Part shown: positions 1 to 14,064 of the stretch, piece by piece | How the letters are laid out: each line of letters opens with the position of its first letter | How positions within the stretch are numbered: position 1 is the stretch's first letter | DNA from: Rhizodiscina lignyota | Taxonomy: Eukaryota | Reading direction: 5' to 3' | NCBI GenBank assembly: GCA_010015805.1 | Contig: ML978132.1 | Span: 248,001-312,000 of the forward strand | DNA length: 64,000 bases | Translations under genes and position numbers: made by a program | Notes under the pieces: model-generated | The model's database searches: none | The model's input: the letters and a program-made list of their open reading frames with translations, nothing else | What the model was told of the DNA's origin: nothing

Positions 1-740
1 CAAAAGCTGGTCACCGCGATGACGCTCGTCCATTCTTGGCGCCTGAAACAACCCGGTGCCGCCCAGCTTGCACAAAGAACAGGGCAGTCACACCAATGGA
101 AGCGATGATAAATGCGAAAAAATTGCTCAGCTCAATAAAGATAGAAATTCCGTAAAAGTAAGAGCAGCACAGTCAATATATTTCCATAACCATTGCCAGC
201 TGGGCGAGCGGCGTGCACGTGGCTGGAGCTTCTCCGGCGTTCTGCCGACGACCGGCCGCGCGCCGCTGGTTGTCCCGCTGCGATGTTTACCATCAACAGA
301 CGCAGCTTCACTTGCCTACCGACATCCACTCCACCCGACAGCGCCGCGGACCACTTTCTAACGTCGCAAACTCTGCAGTGGCCCAATACTTGAAGCTGAG
401 AATATCCACCACTCGCTCATTCGCAGGCGCATGCGATTTTAGTGTGCCGTTGCACCGACAACGGCCCTTAACCCAACCACCCGTAAATCGACTCTGCCCA
501 CCTTCTGCCTCCACTTCGAACACCCGTCGCAAAACTTTCGGTCCACCAATCTCTCTCCAGCAACGCTCGTTCATCAATTGCCCGTCAAATTTGGTCGGCG
601 TATGATACAAACTTTGCGATCGCAGGCTGATTGTTTGGTACACACCCCACAACATCAACAATCGCCCCACTCGACCTCGAGGGTTGCATACTAATAATTT
701 CGCAAAAGTATCGCTATCCGTCAACATTTTCTCCTTCAAT

Positions 741-3425
741 ATGCCTTCGCAAAACCGGCGCAGTCGCTCGTCGGCGTCGACACAGAGCGCACCAAGGCCC
801 GCATCACGCGGCTCGACAATGAGCCTACCTTCACAGCAACCTCAAAGCGTCGACGCCGGCTCTCGACCTGGCTCGTCGTATCCCGCACAACCAGCACCAT
901 CATTCGGACCACCAGGTCCACAATTCGTGCCCATCCAAGCCCAGCAGCAGCCTGACATCGCACCAAGAAATAATGGCGATGCCGACCTAAGTCCCGAACT
1001 TGCAGCATGGTATCATCAACAACAACAACAGGCCGGAGTCGAAGGATTTGGCGTAACACAGGGACCTCCAAACATGCAGCAACCCGAGCAACAGTCATTC
1101 TCAATGGAAGGCGTCCAGTTCTACGGCAGCCAGCCAGCGCCTCCAGTACCTGTACCGGTGGAAGTGGAACGCAAGAAGGGCTCGACATCAAGTGCGACAA
1201 ACGATAAGGAGCTGCGAGAGATACTGTCCAAAAACGAAGGGCGTTCTCTGAAGGACCTTGCGACTGAGGTGCTTGCAACGGAGCGTACTTCTCGCGCTGA
1301 GAAGACCAAGCAACTGTTTGCCATGATATGGTGTGTTAGAACATACCCAATGCTTCTTGAACGAACAATTCCATATTAACAGGCTTTCTAGGCTTAAAAC
1401 TGCGTGCAAGCATGCAAAGACGTCGGTCCCAAGAAATCGAGTCTATACAGTATATGTCGAGCGTTGTGGCACAGAAAGAGTCGCGCCACTCAACCCGGCA
1501 TCATTCGGCAAGCTCGTTCGCGTCATCTTCCCCGGCCTACAGACACGCAGACTAGGTGTCAGAGGCGAGTCAAAGTATCACTACGTCGACTTGGCTCTTG
1601 TGGATGAGCCACAGAATGACTATGAGTATGACCGGAGGAACTCTCAGGCTCCAGAGAGCCGACCATCGCACAGCGTCCGCAACAGCGCTGTCATCGACTT
1701 CAAGTTTGTTCCCTTTATTTCATATGGTGGACACATGCACTGACATTAGCAGCTCTCTTCCACGTCTCCCTGCCGATGCTGCGTCATTTCCTACCATGGA
1801 TGGCAGCATGGATCATCAACAATCCTTTCAGCTGCCACCGGCTGGAACATCGCAGGGAAGGGTATTCGCTGATCCATATCTGCCCGGTGTGAACACTCGT
1901 ACAAGCGCTGCTTCAGCCTCCTACAAGCAGACGTTGAAGTTCCCACCTGCAGAATACAGTCTGCCAGAGAGTGAGAGCATCGAGCTTCCCAACATTCATC
2001 AGTATTGTCCGCCAAAGACAGACATCGACGCCGCCATGTCTCTGGCCGCTCTGTACCGGACTCACTGCACGTCTCTCATCGACTGTATTCGATACTGTAA
2101 AGAAAAACAGTTCTTCAGACTCTTTGCCTCCTTTGGCGGAACGCTCACGGTCCCTGTCCAGAAGTTGTTCGACCATCCAGCTATGGCTCCTTGGATCCGG
2201 GAATGCGATTGGATCATGTATCAGAAGATGACACACTTCGTATCACAACTTACTCTCACCGTGATTCCCAAGGTTGTCCTTCACTTTCTCGACACGATAT
2301 CGAAGTCGCTCCACGCGCACGTAAGCAAAATCTTTGCAGACAGACCACTACACGTTCTCGAAGCGAAATTGGAACCGGCAACACTCTTTGCTGGCCTCCT
2401 CCACCGAATGCTACGCGTCAATGGCGCAGCCCACGCTGCCGCCGCTCTGCTGATGAATGACCAGTTCAGGGACCAGATGTGGAATGACTGGGTTGCCTTT
2501 GTCAACCCCAAGCGCATCATGGAATCCGAGCTCCCGGATTGTGGCTATGATGGAGTCTACAAAATCCTCACGTACGACGTCCGCATGCTTCTGCAGCCAC
2601 TGAATCCTCCAGACTGGCTCGAACGGCACACACACTATGCCGAAGCTGCGGCCCTCCAGTCTCAGTCGCTCGCGTTCAACCCAGCAATCAGCGGTGAGAC
2701 TGTTATCGACCGCATCGCAAGCTTCCTGTCGGATCTGCCTGCTCGTTTCCCCGGAGCCAGCGCACGAACCATTTTGCACTGCATTAGCGCATTGGGCACG
2801 GCTGCGCTACGTGAGATCACCGTTGAGAATGGCACTAGCTATAACCAGTGGTGGATCACGAAAGTGTTTGTTGATGAGATGGCCTTGTGGTTGGCGACTC
2901 TTGGTGGCTTCATTGACCACAGGACACCAGGTAGCCCAAGTCCAGAAATGATGCAGATGGCGAACGGCATCATGGCAAGAGAGGGAAGCCATGGAGGCAA
3001 CAGCAGCCATAGTCTGAGTAGACAGGGAAGTATGGCAAGTCCAGAGTTGGGTGGTGGTGCTGGAGTTGGCTTGGGTATTGAGCAAGCCAGAACTCATGGT
3101 GAGCTATTCCTTTCTCTTCTCCACTATTCTCGCAAAGTATTACTAAAGCAGTTAACCAGCATCAACCAACCACTCCAACCAGCATACGTTCACTTTCCCG
3201 ACACTTACGGATGACCAATCTTTCATCTCCCTTGACGGGAGCACGGACAAGGTCGCCATCCCCCGAGACGAGTCACAAACGAATGAGAACGAACTAGACG
3301 ATAGCGGCATTGGTATGAGTATGCTGGACGACTCGGGTATCGACCTACAAAAATATGATGTTCCTTCTGCTACACACATGGGCGTTGAACTTGGCGGTTC
3401 CATGCCCGAGGTTGGTGTTACCTGA
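741..3425 (+). CDS. RFX winged-helix transcription factor (Sak1/CPCR1-like), 4 exons
   Basis: RFX DNA-binding motif VPRNRVY...LNPASFGKLVRVIFPGLQTRRLGVRGESKYHY. Introns 1331-1391, 1704-~1752 and 3099-3159 join the ORFs in frame; C-terminal ELDDSGIGMS; stop TGA 3423-3425. Confidence 0.92.
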
Positions 3426-4390
3426 GCTTTGGAAAAACAACGAATGTCATGATGGCATGAAGTAATGAGGTTTGATGTTCTGGCTTGGGTTCTTGTTCCC
3501 CTTCTGTCTTGCATACGACAGAAAGGGCGGGATCGGTTCTTATGGACGGCTTTTTGGATCAATTGGATCATTGTGATACCCGATTGATCTGGCGACGACA
3601 AAATTCAGCGATGCATTGAGGTATAGGGTATACCTTGTGCAGCATGTGTTAATTGTTTTATGCTTATGTGACCTTTTCTTTTCCTCTCTTCTGGTCGGAC
3701 TAGGTAGCTGTATCTGGGTACATCTGTGTACTCCAGCTCGGCTCGGTTTGATAACAATACATCAGTGGCTGCTCACTTGCTTACCTTGTTTGCTTCGAGT
3801 CAAACATCTGCGAACGATGGGCTTTACCTACGAAGGTGTGCAGGCTTGGTAGCTAGCATTGTGCAAGAAATACATGGATTTGTTCAAGGATTGATTAAGT
3901 GATCGTGAATACACATCCACTCTTGGTCTCCAAGTGGGTGACAAAAACGTTTAGTCGTGATGATCTTGCCAAAAGCATGTCGGTCCGACGAATTTTCTGC
4001 AACGTTGAGAAAGAGTATCGAATTAAACATTCCACCTTCATCTGGGGAAGTGATTTTTGCGAGTGAAGGTTCACTTTCAAGGCGACCAATCACGGGTTTG
4101 CGATGCAGCTTGATGCAGGGGTCGAAAAAGTTTCGCCGGGATAAAGCCGGAAATTTCTCCAAGTCCGAAAGTCTGCCACGCCTTTTTCAACACCATTTCT
4201 TCTTCTGTTTTCGTACACATAGTTGATGTTTAGTGCGAGCTCTACCTGCCTCTCCTTTGTTACATCCTGCCTAGCACCTTGGCGTAGCTTCTACTTCAAT
4301 GAGTCCTTTATTAACTATTCTCATACATCCATTTACATAATATCAATACCAATGAAAGTAAACGAAACGTGCCATAGGCATGTAAAGACA

Positions 4391-5494
4391 TCAAAAAGAC
4401 GGCATTGGCATGATCGTGGAAGAGTCACTTGACGGATACGGTGGAGTAATCGCTGCAACCTTTGCAAAAGCCTCCTGCCTCACGCGCTGCAGCTCAACTC
4501 TCGCATTCTTCAGCTCCACCTCCGCTATCTCGATGCTTCCCCTCAAATCTGCCACACGGTCTGAACCACGCTTTAACTGCGCTGCTATATCTGCTGCCGA
4601 TCTCTCTAGGTTTGCATTAGACTGCTCGAGTTTGTGGTGGAAGTGGATGTCCGAGAATATATTGTCGAACACGACATCACTGAGAAGATTCTCCTCAGCA
4701 ATCTCCGGCTTTGGCAAGGGGTAGATCGTAGTATCCAGCCTGCTCGCTTGCTCCACCTGCGCGACGGCGATTCCTGCTGCGGAAGAAGCTTTGCTGAGAT
4801 AATGCCTCTCTGCGACGTCGATCAGCAGACCTCCTCCCCACTTGTCGACTGTGCTCATGTCCAGAGTGCTGCCCATTTCATGCAATGCGGTAGCCATTGA
4901 GGCTTGGGCCTGAGACAAGCAATCAACTGCTTGGAGGCAACGGCTGAGCATTATCTGGAGATGGTTCCGCTTGCGCTCGGCATCATAGACTGGGTACTCT
5001 TTCGCATCCTCCTCGGGGAACTCAGGAGTCGGCCCCGCGAAAATGCCTTGGTACAGCTCGTTCAGCTCTTCTTGCGCCTTTCGATGTGTTTCGGCAGCGT
5101 TCTCAATGTCTGCCTTCCAGGATTTGGCGTCTGCAATCTGTTTGGCAAGAACAGTTCGCTCATCCTCTGCAGCCTTGAGAGCCACAACGGCATCGAAGTA
5201 TTCGCGGGCCTCCTTCGCTGCTTTCTCCTCGAACTTGTCTCTCTTGCCTCCGAGCTTGTACGCGAAGCGTTTCACGTTCGAGTCGCGGTATTTCTCGTGA
5301 TCTTTAAGCTCCTTCTGCACGCTCTCCTTCAGATTCTTGATATTGTTGTCGGTCTGGCCCAGAGTGGATTCAAGGTCGGCAATAAAGGCAATCTGCTGCT
5401 TGAGCGCCATGGGAGCGTAGTCGAGCTCTGCAAGCTTGGATAGCAGGAGATCATTTCGCGGCTTGGCCGACGCAATTTGATCGATTGTTTCCAT
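4391..5494 (-). CDS. Conserved hypothetical coiled-coil protein, intronless
   Basis: Uninterrupted ORF of ~367 aa from METIDQ, with long E/K/A-rich heptad stretches and motifs DKWGGG and DVVFDNIFSD. Confidence 0.75.
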   Translation of the reverse strand: METIDQIASAKPRNDLLLSKLAELDYAPMALKQQIAFIADLESTLGQTDNNIKNLKESVQKELKDHEKYRDSNVKRFAYKLGGKRDKFEEKAAKEAREYFDAVVALKAAEDERTVLAKQIADAKSWKADIENAAETHRKAQEELNELYQGIFAGPTPEFPEEDAKEYPVYDAERKRNHLQIMLSRCLQAVDCLSQAQASMATALHEMGSTLDMSTVDKWGGGLLIDVAERHYLSKASSAAGIAVAQVEQASRLDTTIYPLPKPEIAEENLLSDVVFDNIFSDIHFHHKLEQSNANLERSAADIAAQLKRGSDRVADLRGSIEIAEVELKNARVELQRVRQEAFAKVAAITPPYPSSDSSTIMPMPSF

Positions 5495-6461
5495 GGCGAG
5501 GAAAGGCGGAAGCAACAGATAGTCGTCAACGAGAATTGAATAGTATGAGTGACGCAGACTAAATATGGCAGAAAGTGTGAAGAAATCGTACAATGTATCT
5601 CGGCATTAATGAGTGTGCGAGCAGCGCTTTTATGCTCAACATCTCCGCTTCTCCAACGATAACTATAATTATCCGTATCACGCCTCACATCAATGAAGCT
5701 ATTCAGCAAACCGCAACGGACACTGATCAGGGAATTGATCGACTTCGATAGATACTACATTAGGGCAAGCTTGACTTTCGCCTTGTCATCTATTTCCAGC
5801 TAAACCGTAAAGAGGTCGGTTGCGAGGCTTCAGCCCGCTTCGTGTGGCTGTTGAGCCCTCCAGGTCTAATCAGTTCGTTCCAAGCTAGACGCTTCCCTTA
5901 GCTTGAGTGAAATCGTCACTTCCACGGGATTTGTGTTTTGATTGGGCGTAGAGGACAGCTAAATGCGAAGGCTGTCTGTCCCGTGCCCAATCTGATTGGT
6001 TCAATGACAAGGATATCCACAGGTTGCGAAATATCGCCAAATATTGCCCCATGGAAAGGCTGAGGGAAAGTGCCTATTATTTTTGATGGGATAGGGCCGC
6101 TTACATCTCAAGTTCAATGCAGCAGTATCTCAAAACGAGCTCCAGCCTGCTCCCTGATGACTGATGATCGATGACTGACAATTATTGGTACTGATGGAAT
6201 AATGTCTATAGCCGCTATCTCTATTCGAGATCGTGTGGTATCTATCTTCGCTTCCGAGCTGATCCGTCCTTGGACTCCTCTCTCGAAAGAAGAAACGCAG
6301 ACAGCAATCGCCTAACTCCAAACGCTCAATTCCGAAGCAGTCTGCAATGTCTATGGTATCATGTAGCTGTCATACAAATTTGACGCTCAGCAATCTCAAA
6401 TCAATCGGCAATCCTCCGAAAGCATAGTATTAAACATTACCGGCCCCTCTCATGCCGTCAA

Positions 6462-8606
6462 TCACGCATCGGCGCCCGCAAAAGTACTCTTTGACCGCAG
6501 CCAAGCACCGTACTTCCAAAGGTAGAACATACCAAACACGCCCAGACAGCTCAGGCCTGCCAGCAGACTCACGCCACCGCCAATGCCGAGGTTGATGAAC
6601 ATTGGGCGAGAGAAGAGCACTGCAGCTGCAGCGAACATGCTCCTGGACAAGTCGTTCGCCGCGAACAAGCTGGCTGCGTACTTCGGGTATGACAAGGGCA
6701 GATAGACAAAGACGGATTGGAAGACCCAGAAGTTCGCAGCGACGAGGATGGTGACACCGATCAAGCTAACGATCTGTGCGAAGTCAGCTTCAATATTCAT
6801 CATGAGAGGCCATGGAGAGCAACTTACCCAATGCACCGCAGGACGCGCAGTCCAGCCGAACATAAAGTAGCCGGCTGGCAAAATTATGACGCCGAATAGG
6901 GCTGGGACGAGACGATGCTCGGGGGCCCGAAGTCCGTTCTTCTTAATGTCCGGAATGAGATAGTAGATCTGGTAGACGAGGAAGACTGACACGGCGATGA
7001 TACAAGCGACACCGATCGTGAGGAAGCAGAGACCTGTCTCGCCGAGATTGAAGTTATAGTACGGAGGGTATACCAACGGGAAGGCCTCGAAGAAGGAGTA
7101 GTAGATGCCATAGGTGAGGGAGGTCTTTCAAATCGAGTCAGCTTCACATTTTAGATATGCAAAAGAGGAGAGGTACATACGTAGATGTTGGTGAACGCAA
7201 TGGCGGGATCCTTGAGCATAATCTCAGTCGGTTTGATAAGTGCGTCCCATGCGACCTCACGAGGCGTCAATGCCTCCTGTGCAAGTTCACCCTTAGTCTT
7301 AATGTTCTTCCTTCCAGTCAGCTTGCGCAGACGTTGAGCCCGACGAAGGAGGATGTTATCGGCGGAGGTTTCGGGATAGGCGAATAGGAAGACCACGAGG
7401 ATCGGGCCGGTCAGCCAGACGATTTCCCAAAGACCCCAGCGCCATCCCTTGGCCTGAACTGCGAAGCCGGTAATGACCGGACCGATGGCGGGACCCCAGA
7501 AGCACGCCGCAGTCCACGAAGACAGGTAGATGGGAAGCTCAAGAAGGTTATACTAGACGATTGTCAGCACTGAAAGTTAAGCCTAAGGTTGCTGACGTGG
7601 GCTTACCATGTCTCCGACCGAGGCACCTCCGTTTGCGAGACACGGGCTGCCGAAAAAGCCTGTCAAGAACCGGAGTACGAGCAGTCCCGCGTAGTTATCC
7701 ACAACGGCCGTGGGTATAGACAAGATTACGAAGAGGAAGAATGTTGGGACATAGACCATGTTCCGCCCAACAATGGCAATCTCACTCAATGGAGCCCACA
7801 GAAGAGGGCCCACACCATATCCGATAACGTACATGGCAAGGCCGAGAGCTGCAGGTGTAGCGCCGACATTGAACCTCTGCGATATTGTTAGTGCACTGCC
7901 TTTGAGGTGACTTCTTTTGTGATTGTGTCACATACCTCCATGACCCCCTGTTCGCCTGGGACGTACATACTCGAAGCACCATACACAGCCATAGAGTAGG
8001 CACAGAGCTGTAGCAACACCATTCCTTTCCTCGAAGGACTCCAGTTCTGAGGATTTTCCGGGTCGTCAGTGGAGTACCAATCGACGAGGATTGTGCCATC
8101 GGATGTTTTGGTTGGAGCAATCGCAATGCTCTTCGTCTTCTCTTGTTCCAGTTGCTGTTCGAGGTCGAAACGCTCTTGCGTGTAAGGTCTGGTCGAAGTT
8201 CTAGAGAGAACCGAGCCCCGCGACTTCGCCTGTTCCAGCCCGTGCTCATGGTCTGGGGCAGTGACGATGGAAGCAAGATGCGTGCCTTCACGCTCTACCT
8301 CTCCGCCATCCCCCTCCTTCTCCGGATCCTCGGCGGGCTCGACGGCTTCATACTCTTTGTTCGCTGGTTCGTCATTGTTTCTCGGGGCATCAGCATCGTT
8401 ATCTTCAGATCCAAGTCGTTTATCTTCCTCTGCAAGAAGTGCCTCCTGTTGGATGTTAGTTATCGGGCTATCAATTGAAGGTGTGAAGGGTGTCGCACCA
8501 GAGGTCCCCATCTGAAGCCTTCTTTTTCGTCGGGATATTGCAGAGCCCTGTTTCGGGTAATAAATCTAACGATCTGTCCAACAGCGGATTCGCGAAGCAC
8601 TGCCAT
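6462..8606 (-). CDS. MFS multidrug transporter, DHA1 family (Flr1/Caf5/Mdr1-like), multi-exon
   Basis: MAVLRESAVGQIVRFIT start, then VDWYSTDDPENPQNWS, GPLLWAPLSE...GR, GFFGSPCLANGGAS.GD, PETSADNILLRRAQRLR and YPKYAASLFAAND. Several GT-AG introns. Confidence 0.92.
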
Positions 8607-11055
8607 GACTCTTGTGCCTGAAGATTGTAGATGAGAGGGAGACTGGTGAGATCGGTGTGGAGTACGAGATCGAAAGAAAGGAAAGAGTAATAGTCTTTAT
8701 ACATTACTAGAGAATTGGAGACCCCTGAGATGAGCAATCGACAAACCGCACTCCACATGGAGCAGTGTTGATGTGGTAGGGATCCGGGGCAGAGCACCGC
8801 GTTGAGTAATTCTTGGTTACTGTATCCGGCAATTTTTATGGAGCCCGGCCTGAATGTGCTCAGCCTGCCAAGCGTTTGTAAGCGAAAGCCCACAATCATG
8901 ACGCTGGTTCCCACGTCGTGTTTCTCAGACATGCTTTGTAACCCAACGAAGCTCTGCGAAATATTATAATCAGTCAAGGAAAGGCTTGTCCCAAGGTCAG
9001 CGCTGGTGAAGTAGGCAAGTAGTCGCGTTGACCGATTGTCTTTCACCAACTGGTTTCCGAGGCTGCGCTGTGTGAGGTTAACAGCACAGTGCAACTCGCC
9101 GACAGCCACCAGCCAAGGCACTGCCGCCAAGGTGCGTATAGTAAGCTGTCACACCTTGTCACGAATTTGTCGAAACTGACGAAGTTAAAAGAAAGTTCTC
9201 CGGATTGTTTAGAAATCCAGAAAAGGGTCCTGGCGAACAGACGGCAAGCCACGCGCTTTGTCACTCTAACTGGCGCTAGTGAGCCAGCCTAACCCCAATT
9301 CGATCAGGTAAAACATAAACGCACGTGAAGAAGCATCTCCAGTCTGCATACACCTACAATATTTCGTTGAGTGTGGCTCACATCAGAAACAGAGCTTCTC
9401 TAATCCATTTGCCATCGAGACTTGTTGAAGATCCACTATTAAGGCCGTGGAACCGCACAGCGTATTTACGGCTCCCTCTTTACGGCACCGTAGCAATCGG
9501 GTACGAGGTGGCTGACCCTGTCAGCTAAAGCCTACCACCGAGCAAGTTATACTAGTCATCGCGCGTAAGTCTCACAATTAATTCTCCGATTGCTCAAGCC
9601 TAAGCACCATTGCCTAATGTTTTCCATGCCTCGTCTCTGATATGGCGTGCTCGACTCGTCCAAGGAATTGGAGTCATCACCTTGTCTCTCATTATCGCTC
9701 CTTGAAGTTGATCCCTCTTACGGCTGTGGAGACGATATTGACAACGGAAGGACAGAGTCGCCTCGCATTTCACATAACCGACGGAACCGAGGTAGCTGAA
9801 GCGGATTGTCGACACGCGATTTACAACAGATGCGACCCTCCATTGTTGTGTTTCCGTTGCAAGCGTAAGCTCAGCTTCGCGGAAACAAAGGCCGACCCTT
9901 TATTGTCACAGGGATCCGCAACTACCACATCGTCTCGAACGACAGCTGTCACCCGAAGCGGTCGAGAGCGGCCATGCATACATAGCCCCAAATCAAAACC
10001 GGCAAGGGCATAGCGATCCGAACGTTTGGTTTCTTTTCGATAACGATCTTGCTTGCTTCACTCCTCCTGTCGACCGAAGCTATTTTATGCTTCCATCGCT
10101 GTTTGGACGCCCATCCATTATCATCATGCATCGTCGGAAGGAAAATACGTTCGTTGATTATTCTGAGTGTGCGTACTGACGACATTTAGGAATTAGGACC
10201 GAGAATGTTGAATATGGATCGGATAATCGGGTGGTACTAGAAAGATGCGGTTCGACGAGTGGGGAGACATCCAATCCGAGAGAACTTCGCAGATGCTGCC
10301 CAAAAAGATATGTAATCGTGTCCGCACGAGGTCGGAGAGGATGCCTTGGATTCGCTGTCGTGCTGACTTAATAGTTCCAATCGCGTGAAACTCACGAATT
10401 CCTCTTCAACAGCATATGAGAGCGCCCCGCGCGAATTGTCTGCCGCCTTTCAAAGTCACAGCGCGGTTTCTCTGCAAAGTCAGCACCGACGTCGTATCGA
10501 TATCGAAGGATTTGGAGCCCACTGAAGAAGGCTTGAAGTCTCAAAACAACTCGGTAGAGCCACTTCGATGAATTAACATACCAAGAGCGTCTTCGGGTTC
10601 GAACCAGGTCCGTTCGTCCCAAGCAGATACTCGCTTCTGGCCCTTCCGTTAATTTGGAAAGTATGCTGTGCGTTAGCAATGTCAGTGTCGTTTCATTCCG
10701 AGGTTTCGCTGGTTCCACATTGACATCGTCCCGGGCCATTGCAGTTATCTTGTGACGCACGCCGGCCTTCCATCCGCGGTCCAGACACTTTGGTTTGCCG
10801 TTATCGATCCAATTTACGTACGAGCTCGTCTCCGGTGCCGAGAATACATGGAAAACATGCATTGGAGAGATCGGAACACCCCTTAAGCCCTATGGCTTGT
10901 TCCGCCGTCCGCGTGGCCATCTTCGAAACATGCAACCCGATTTGCATCCGTTGTCATTGGCAATTATTGTGTCTCCCGTGATACTCTAATACTCAATTGC
11001 AAGTCTGAGGTTATTACCCGTTCCGCACCCCTCCAAAGGCGGGTCTTCATGCGCC

Positions 11056-11901
11056 GCGGCCGCAGCTCGGCGACATTCAACTTGGTGGGTAGCACATCTC
11101 TGCAGAAGTGCGGCCGCAGGAGGGTTGAGATTTTCGTCTCGTCGGTCTTGCGGCCATGTAGGTTTTGCGAGCTGCCTAACGCGGAATGTTGGATTTCGAG
11201 AGGCTTCGTAGTTGTAAAGTCGTTGGTTTACAGAAGTTAACCGTCTTTCGTAGGATTTAGGCAGGATTGAGATTCAAGAGACGGTGTAGTTTAGCTTCGT
11301 ACGGTGCTGCAAGTGCGGACATTTATGTGGCTGTTCCCGGTCATGATGCAGGTGATACACCCTGTTTCGTGGCTTGCACCATTCGCTTGAATTTCAAATC
11401 TATACCACTTCTGGGTTGTGATACTCCATCATAGAGTGGCTCGTGCGGCCGCAGCCGCGTTTGACTTTGATGGTGTTGATGGAGCATTGGAGACGCGGCA
11501 TGTATCAATGCTAGTCAAGATGTGGTTTAGGAATTGACTCGTTCTTGGAATCCGAAGCGAAGCGAAGCGAAGGGACAATTTCCAATTGAAATCACGCCGA
11601 GGAGATGATCCAAGGTTTCACAATATTGATCATCTACGCCAATAACGCCACGATGTTAGAAATGCTCGACGAGGGTCGCTGCACGTAAGCCGATGCCGAG
11701 GAGGATCATGAATTCAGCAGTAACTGAGTTTGGAAATAACCCGAACTAAGATTCAACCTTCGAAAATAACAGATATTTGTCCGTGAATTAAGGTGGAGTT
11801 TATTTGCAGACATATAGAGGAAATTCAAGATCGGTGAGTGTCTCCACGATGAGCTATTTCCGGAATGTGATCCCTGCTTGCGGAGACGCAAGTGCGGCCG
11901 C
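11056..11901. promoter_or_regulatory. Cluster of four GCGGCCGC (CGG-CCG palindrome) sites, candidate Zn2Cys6 binding sites
   Basis: Exact GCGGCCGC at 11056, 11110, 11445 and 11894 in the non-coding stretch between the MFS start and the Zn2Cys6 TF gene; three of them read GTGCGGCCGC. Confidence 0.4.
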
Positions 11902-12375
11902 GCGTGAGGAGGCCGCCGCAAGCAAAGTGTGGCGGACGCATTCCGCATTCAGTAGCAGGATATCTTCTCAATGATATCCGTCCGCATGAATGTACATATC
12001 CCCACAGTCTCAGAGACCAGGCATTTGAATCCAGTACAGGGCCGGAGGATTCGGCCGGGACGCTTATTCAATCAAGCTTAAATTGACCCCTTCCCCAACG
12101 CGCTGTTGTGTACGCTTCGAGCACGAACCATGGCTACAAGAGCAGACCGACGAACGAAGCAAATAAATGGCGATCATCCGTCCAAAGAAGAGCAAGAAGC
12201 CATTCGCCCTAAGGATTGAGATGAACTCTGTTGGTGTCAAACACCCGAATGAGACAGAAGCCTGGATTATCAACGGTTCCAGCTCCGGCATTGCGATATC
12301 CCATAACTCATAGTACGATCAGAGCTGGAGAAGGGAGTATTGTGATGCAGGACCGCATCGCAATATGACTGTTGG

Positions 12376-14064
12376 CTATTCCACGAAGATCTGTGACTCT
12401 GGGATTGGAGTGATAATTGGACTTGGCTCAAGAGAGCCGTCTATCGAGTTCGATGGTGATATCGGGGTTGCCTTGATGTCTTTCAAATAATCTCCTGAAA
12501 CACTAGTTAGTGCTGGATGGATACTACACATCTCATCTGCTAATACATACCAGCAGCTTTCCATCGGACGCTAAAAGAATTCAACGAATCTTCCAAGGCG
12601 GAGAGGTTTTTCCAGTACCTTTCGTCTCTGGTATCCTGGAACAGGCGCAGCTGCACGAAGGCTGCCTGCGAAAGTGAGTCCGGGACGAATGGACATAATG
12701 CTGCAATGCTGATAGTGTCCTTGTTGTCTGTGATCTCATGCGCCACACGAATTGCTCCTGATGCCGCTTCCTCTGGCGAGCTTACAGATTGGGACAATTC
12801 ATCAGGCGACGTACCAGGAGAAAGATCCATGTACGGGTTCTGGTTCGACAAGATCATGAGGGCACTGGCGACCATACCAATGGAGCCGCAGTAGAGGTAG
12901 CATGTTTCAATCTCCTCTTGTGGTATGATCTCATTCAGAGCTCGGAGCGCGCGAAGGATACTACAGTACTCTGACAGGTTCAACGATTCGTCAGATGAAG
13001 GATCGTACAGATTTCGGAGCGCGCGTCCTAAGAGGACCGAAGCTTGCGCTGCCCGAGCAAATGGTCCAATGCGAATGTGGAACGGTGTCGAGACTTTGAA
13101 ATCATGGCAATCGGTGAAGTCCTGCGATTCCCAGGCCCCATCGAAAGTGGGCAGATAGTAGTCCAGCGAAGGCTCAGCGGCCACAAAAACGCCAAGTTTC
13201 GTGCGAAGCCCGGTATACCTTGGGAAAGTCAGTCAAGGAACGAAACCTTACTCTCAACACTATTTACCTGTCAACGATGAAGATCGCCCACCACGCGCGC
13301 TTCCGCTCCTCCAAATACGTCCAGTCGACCGCATCTCGTAGGGTTTCTTTTATCTTGTCCTGGAGTCCTATTGACATAGCCATCGAAGCCACGGCACCTA
13401 TGGAAATGTTCGCAGCCGGAAACAGTCCTCTCCCCATCTCGAAAATCGCGATGAGCAACCGAGCCTGCACCGCATCCAGCGAAGGAGACGTTTCGGTGAG
13501 CGTAGCTAAAGACTTGACAATATGATACAGTGAAAATCGAGACGCAATACTCTCATTAGCGTCTTGAGTAACCAGCCGCATAGCAAGAATGAGTAAACAG
13601 AAGTTTGGGTTGGTGTCCTCGTTCAAAGTTGCAAGCCGAGAAAAGAAACGAGGCTTAAAAATTATCGGTAGCCAGCCATGGACGTTCATGAAGTAAGTTG
13701 AAGAAATATCCCACGCGCCGCCGGAGCACCGGATTGTATTCAGCAGCTCTGCGGTTACTTCATGGTCGAGATCTCGGTACTGCTTGGGCGAAGCAGAAGG
13801 TCTGTCAGATCTCCTGGTGAGGCCATCCTCTTGAACAATCGAGAGCTCCGACGGTGATCCAGATTTTGACCGCTTTTCACCAGTACGATCGTAGGGCCAA
13901 GATAAGTATGTGCACTTCAATCTCAGTCTTTGTCTCGTTAGCCTCGACTTTATAGAGATGGCATTATGATAGTCGTACCGTGTACAGTGAGAACATGATG
14001 GCTTAGCTTTGTCACACTTTCGCTTCCGTTTTCTGCAAGACTCGCAAACTTGGATGGCGGCCAT
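12376..14064 (-). CDS. Zn(II)2Cys6 transcription factor with fungal TF middle homology region
   Basis: CESCRKRKRKCDKAKPSCSHCTR..LKC, YFMNVHGWLPII and EERKRAWWAIFIVDR. Introns ~13928-13978, ~13219-13265 and ~12492-12548. Confidence 0.9.

Noticed and set aside
56..739. ORFs upstream of the RFX gene
   Set aside because: Overlapping, biased-composition ORFs without domains; likely promoter/5' UTR.
11553..11572. (CGAAG)x4 microsatellite
   Set aside because: Short simple repeat with no evidence of function.
8471..12300. Numerous 60-220 aa ORFs upstream of the MFS gene
   Set aside because: No recognisable motifs or consistent splice structure; treated as non-coding.
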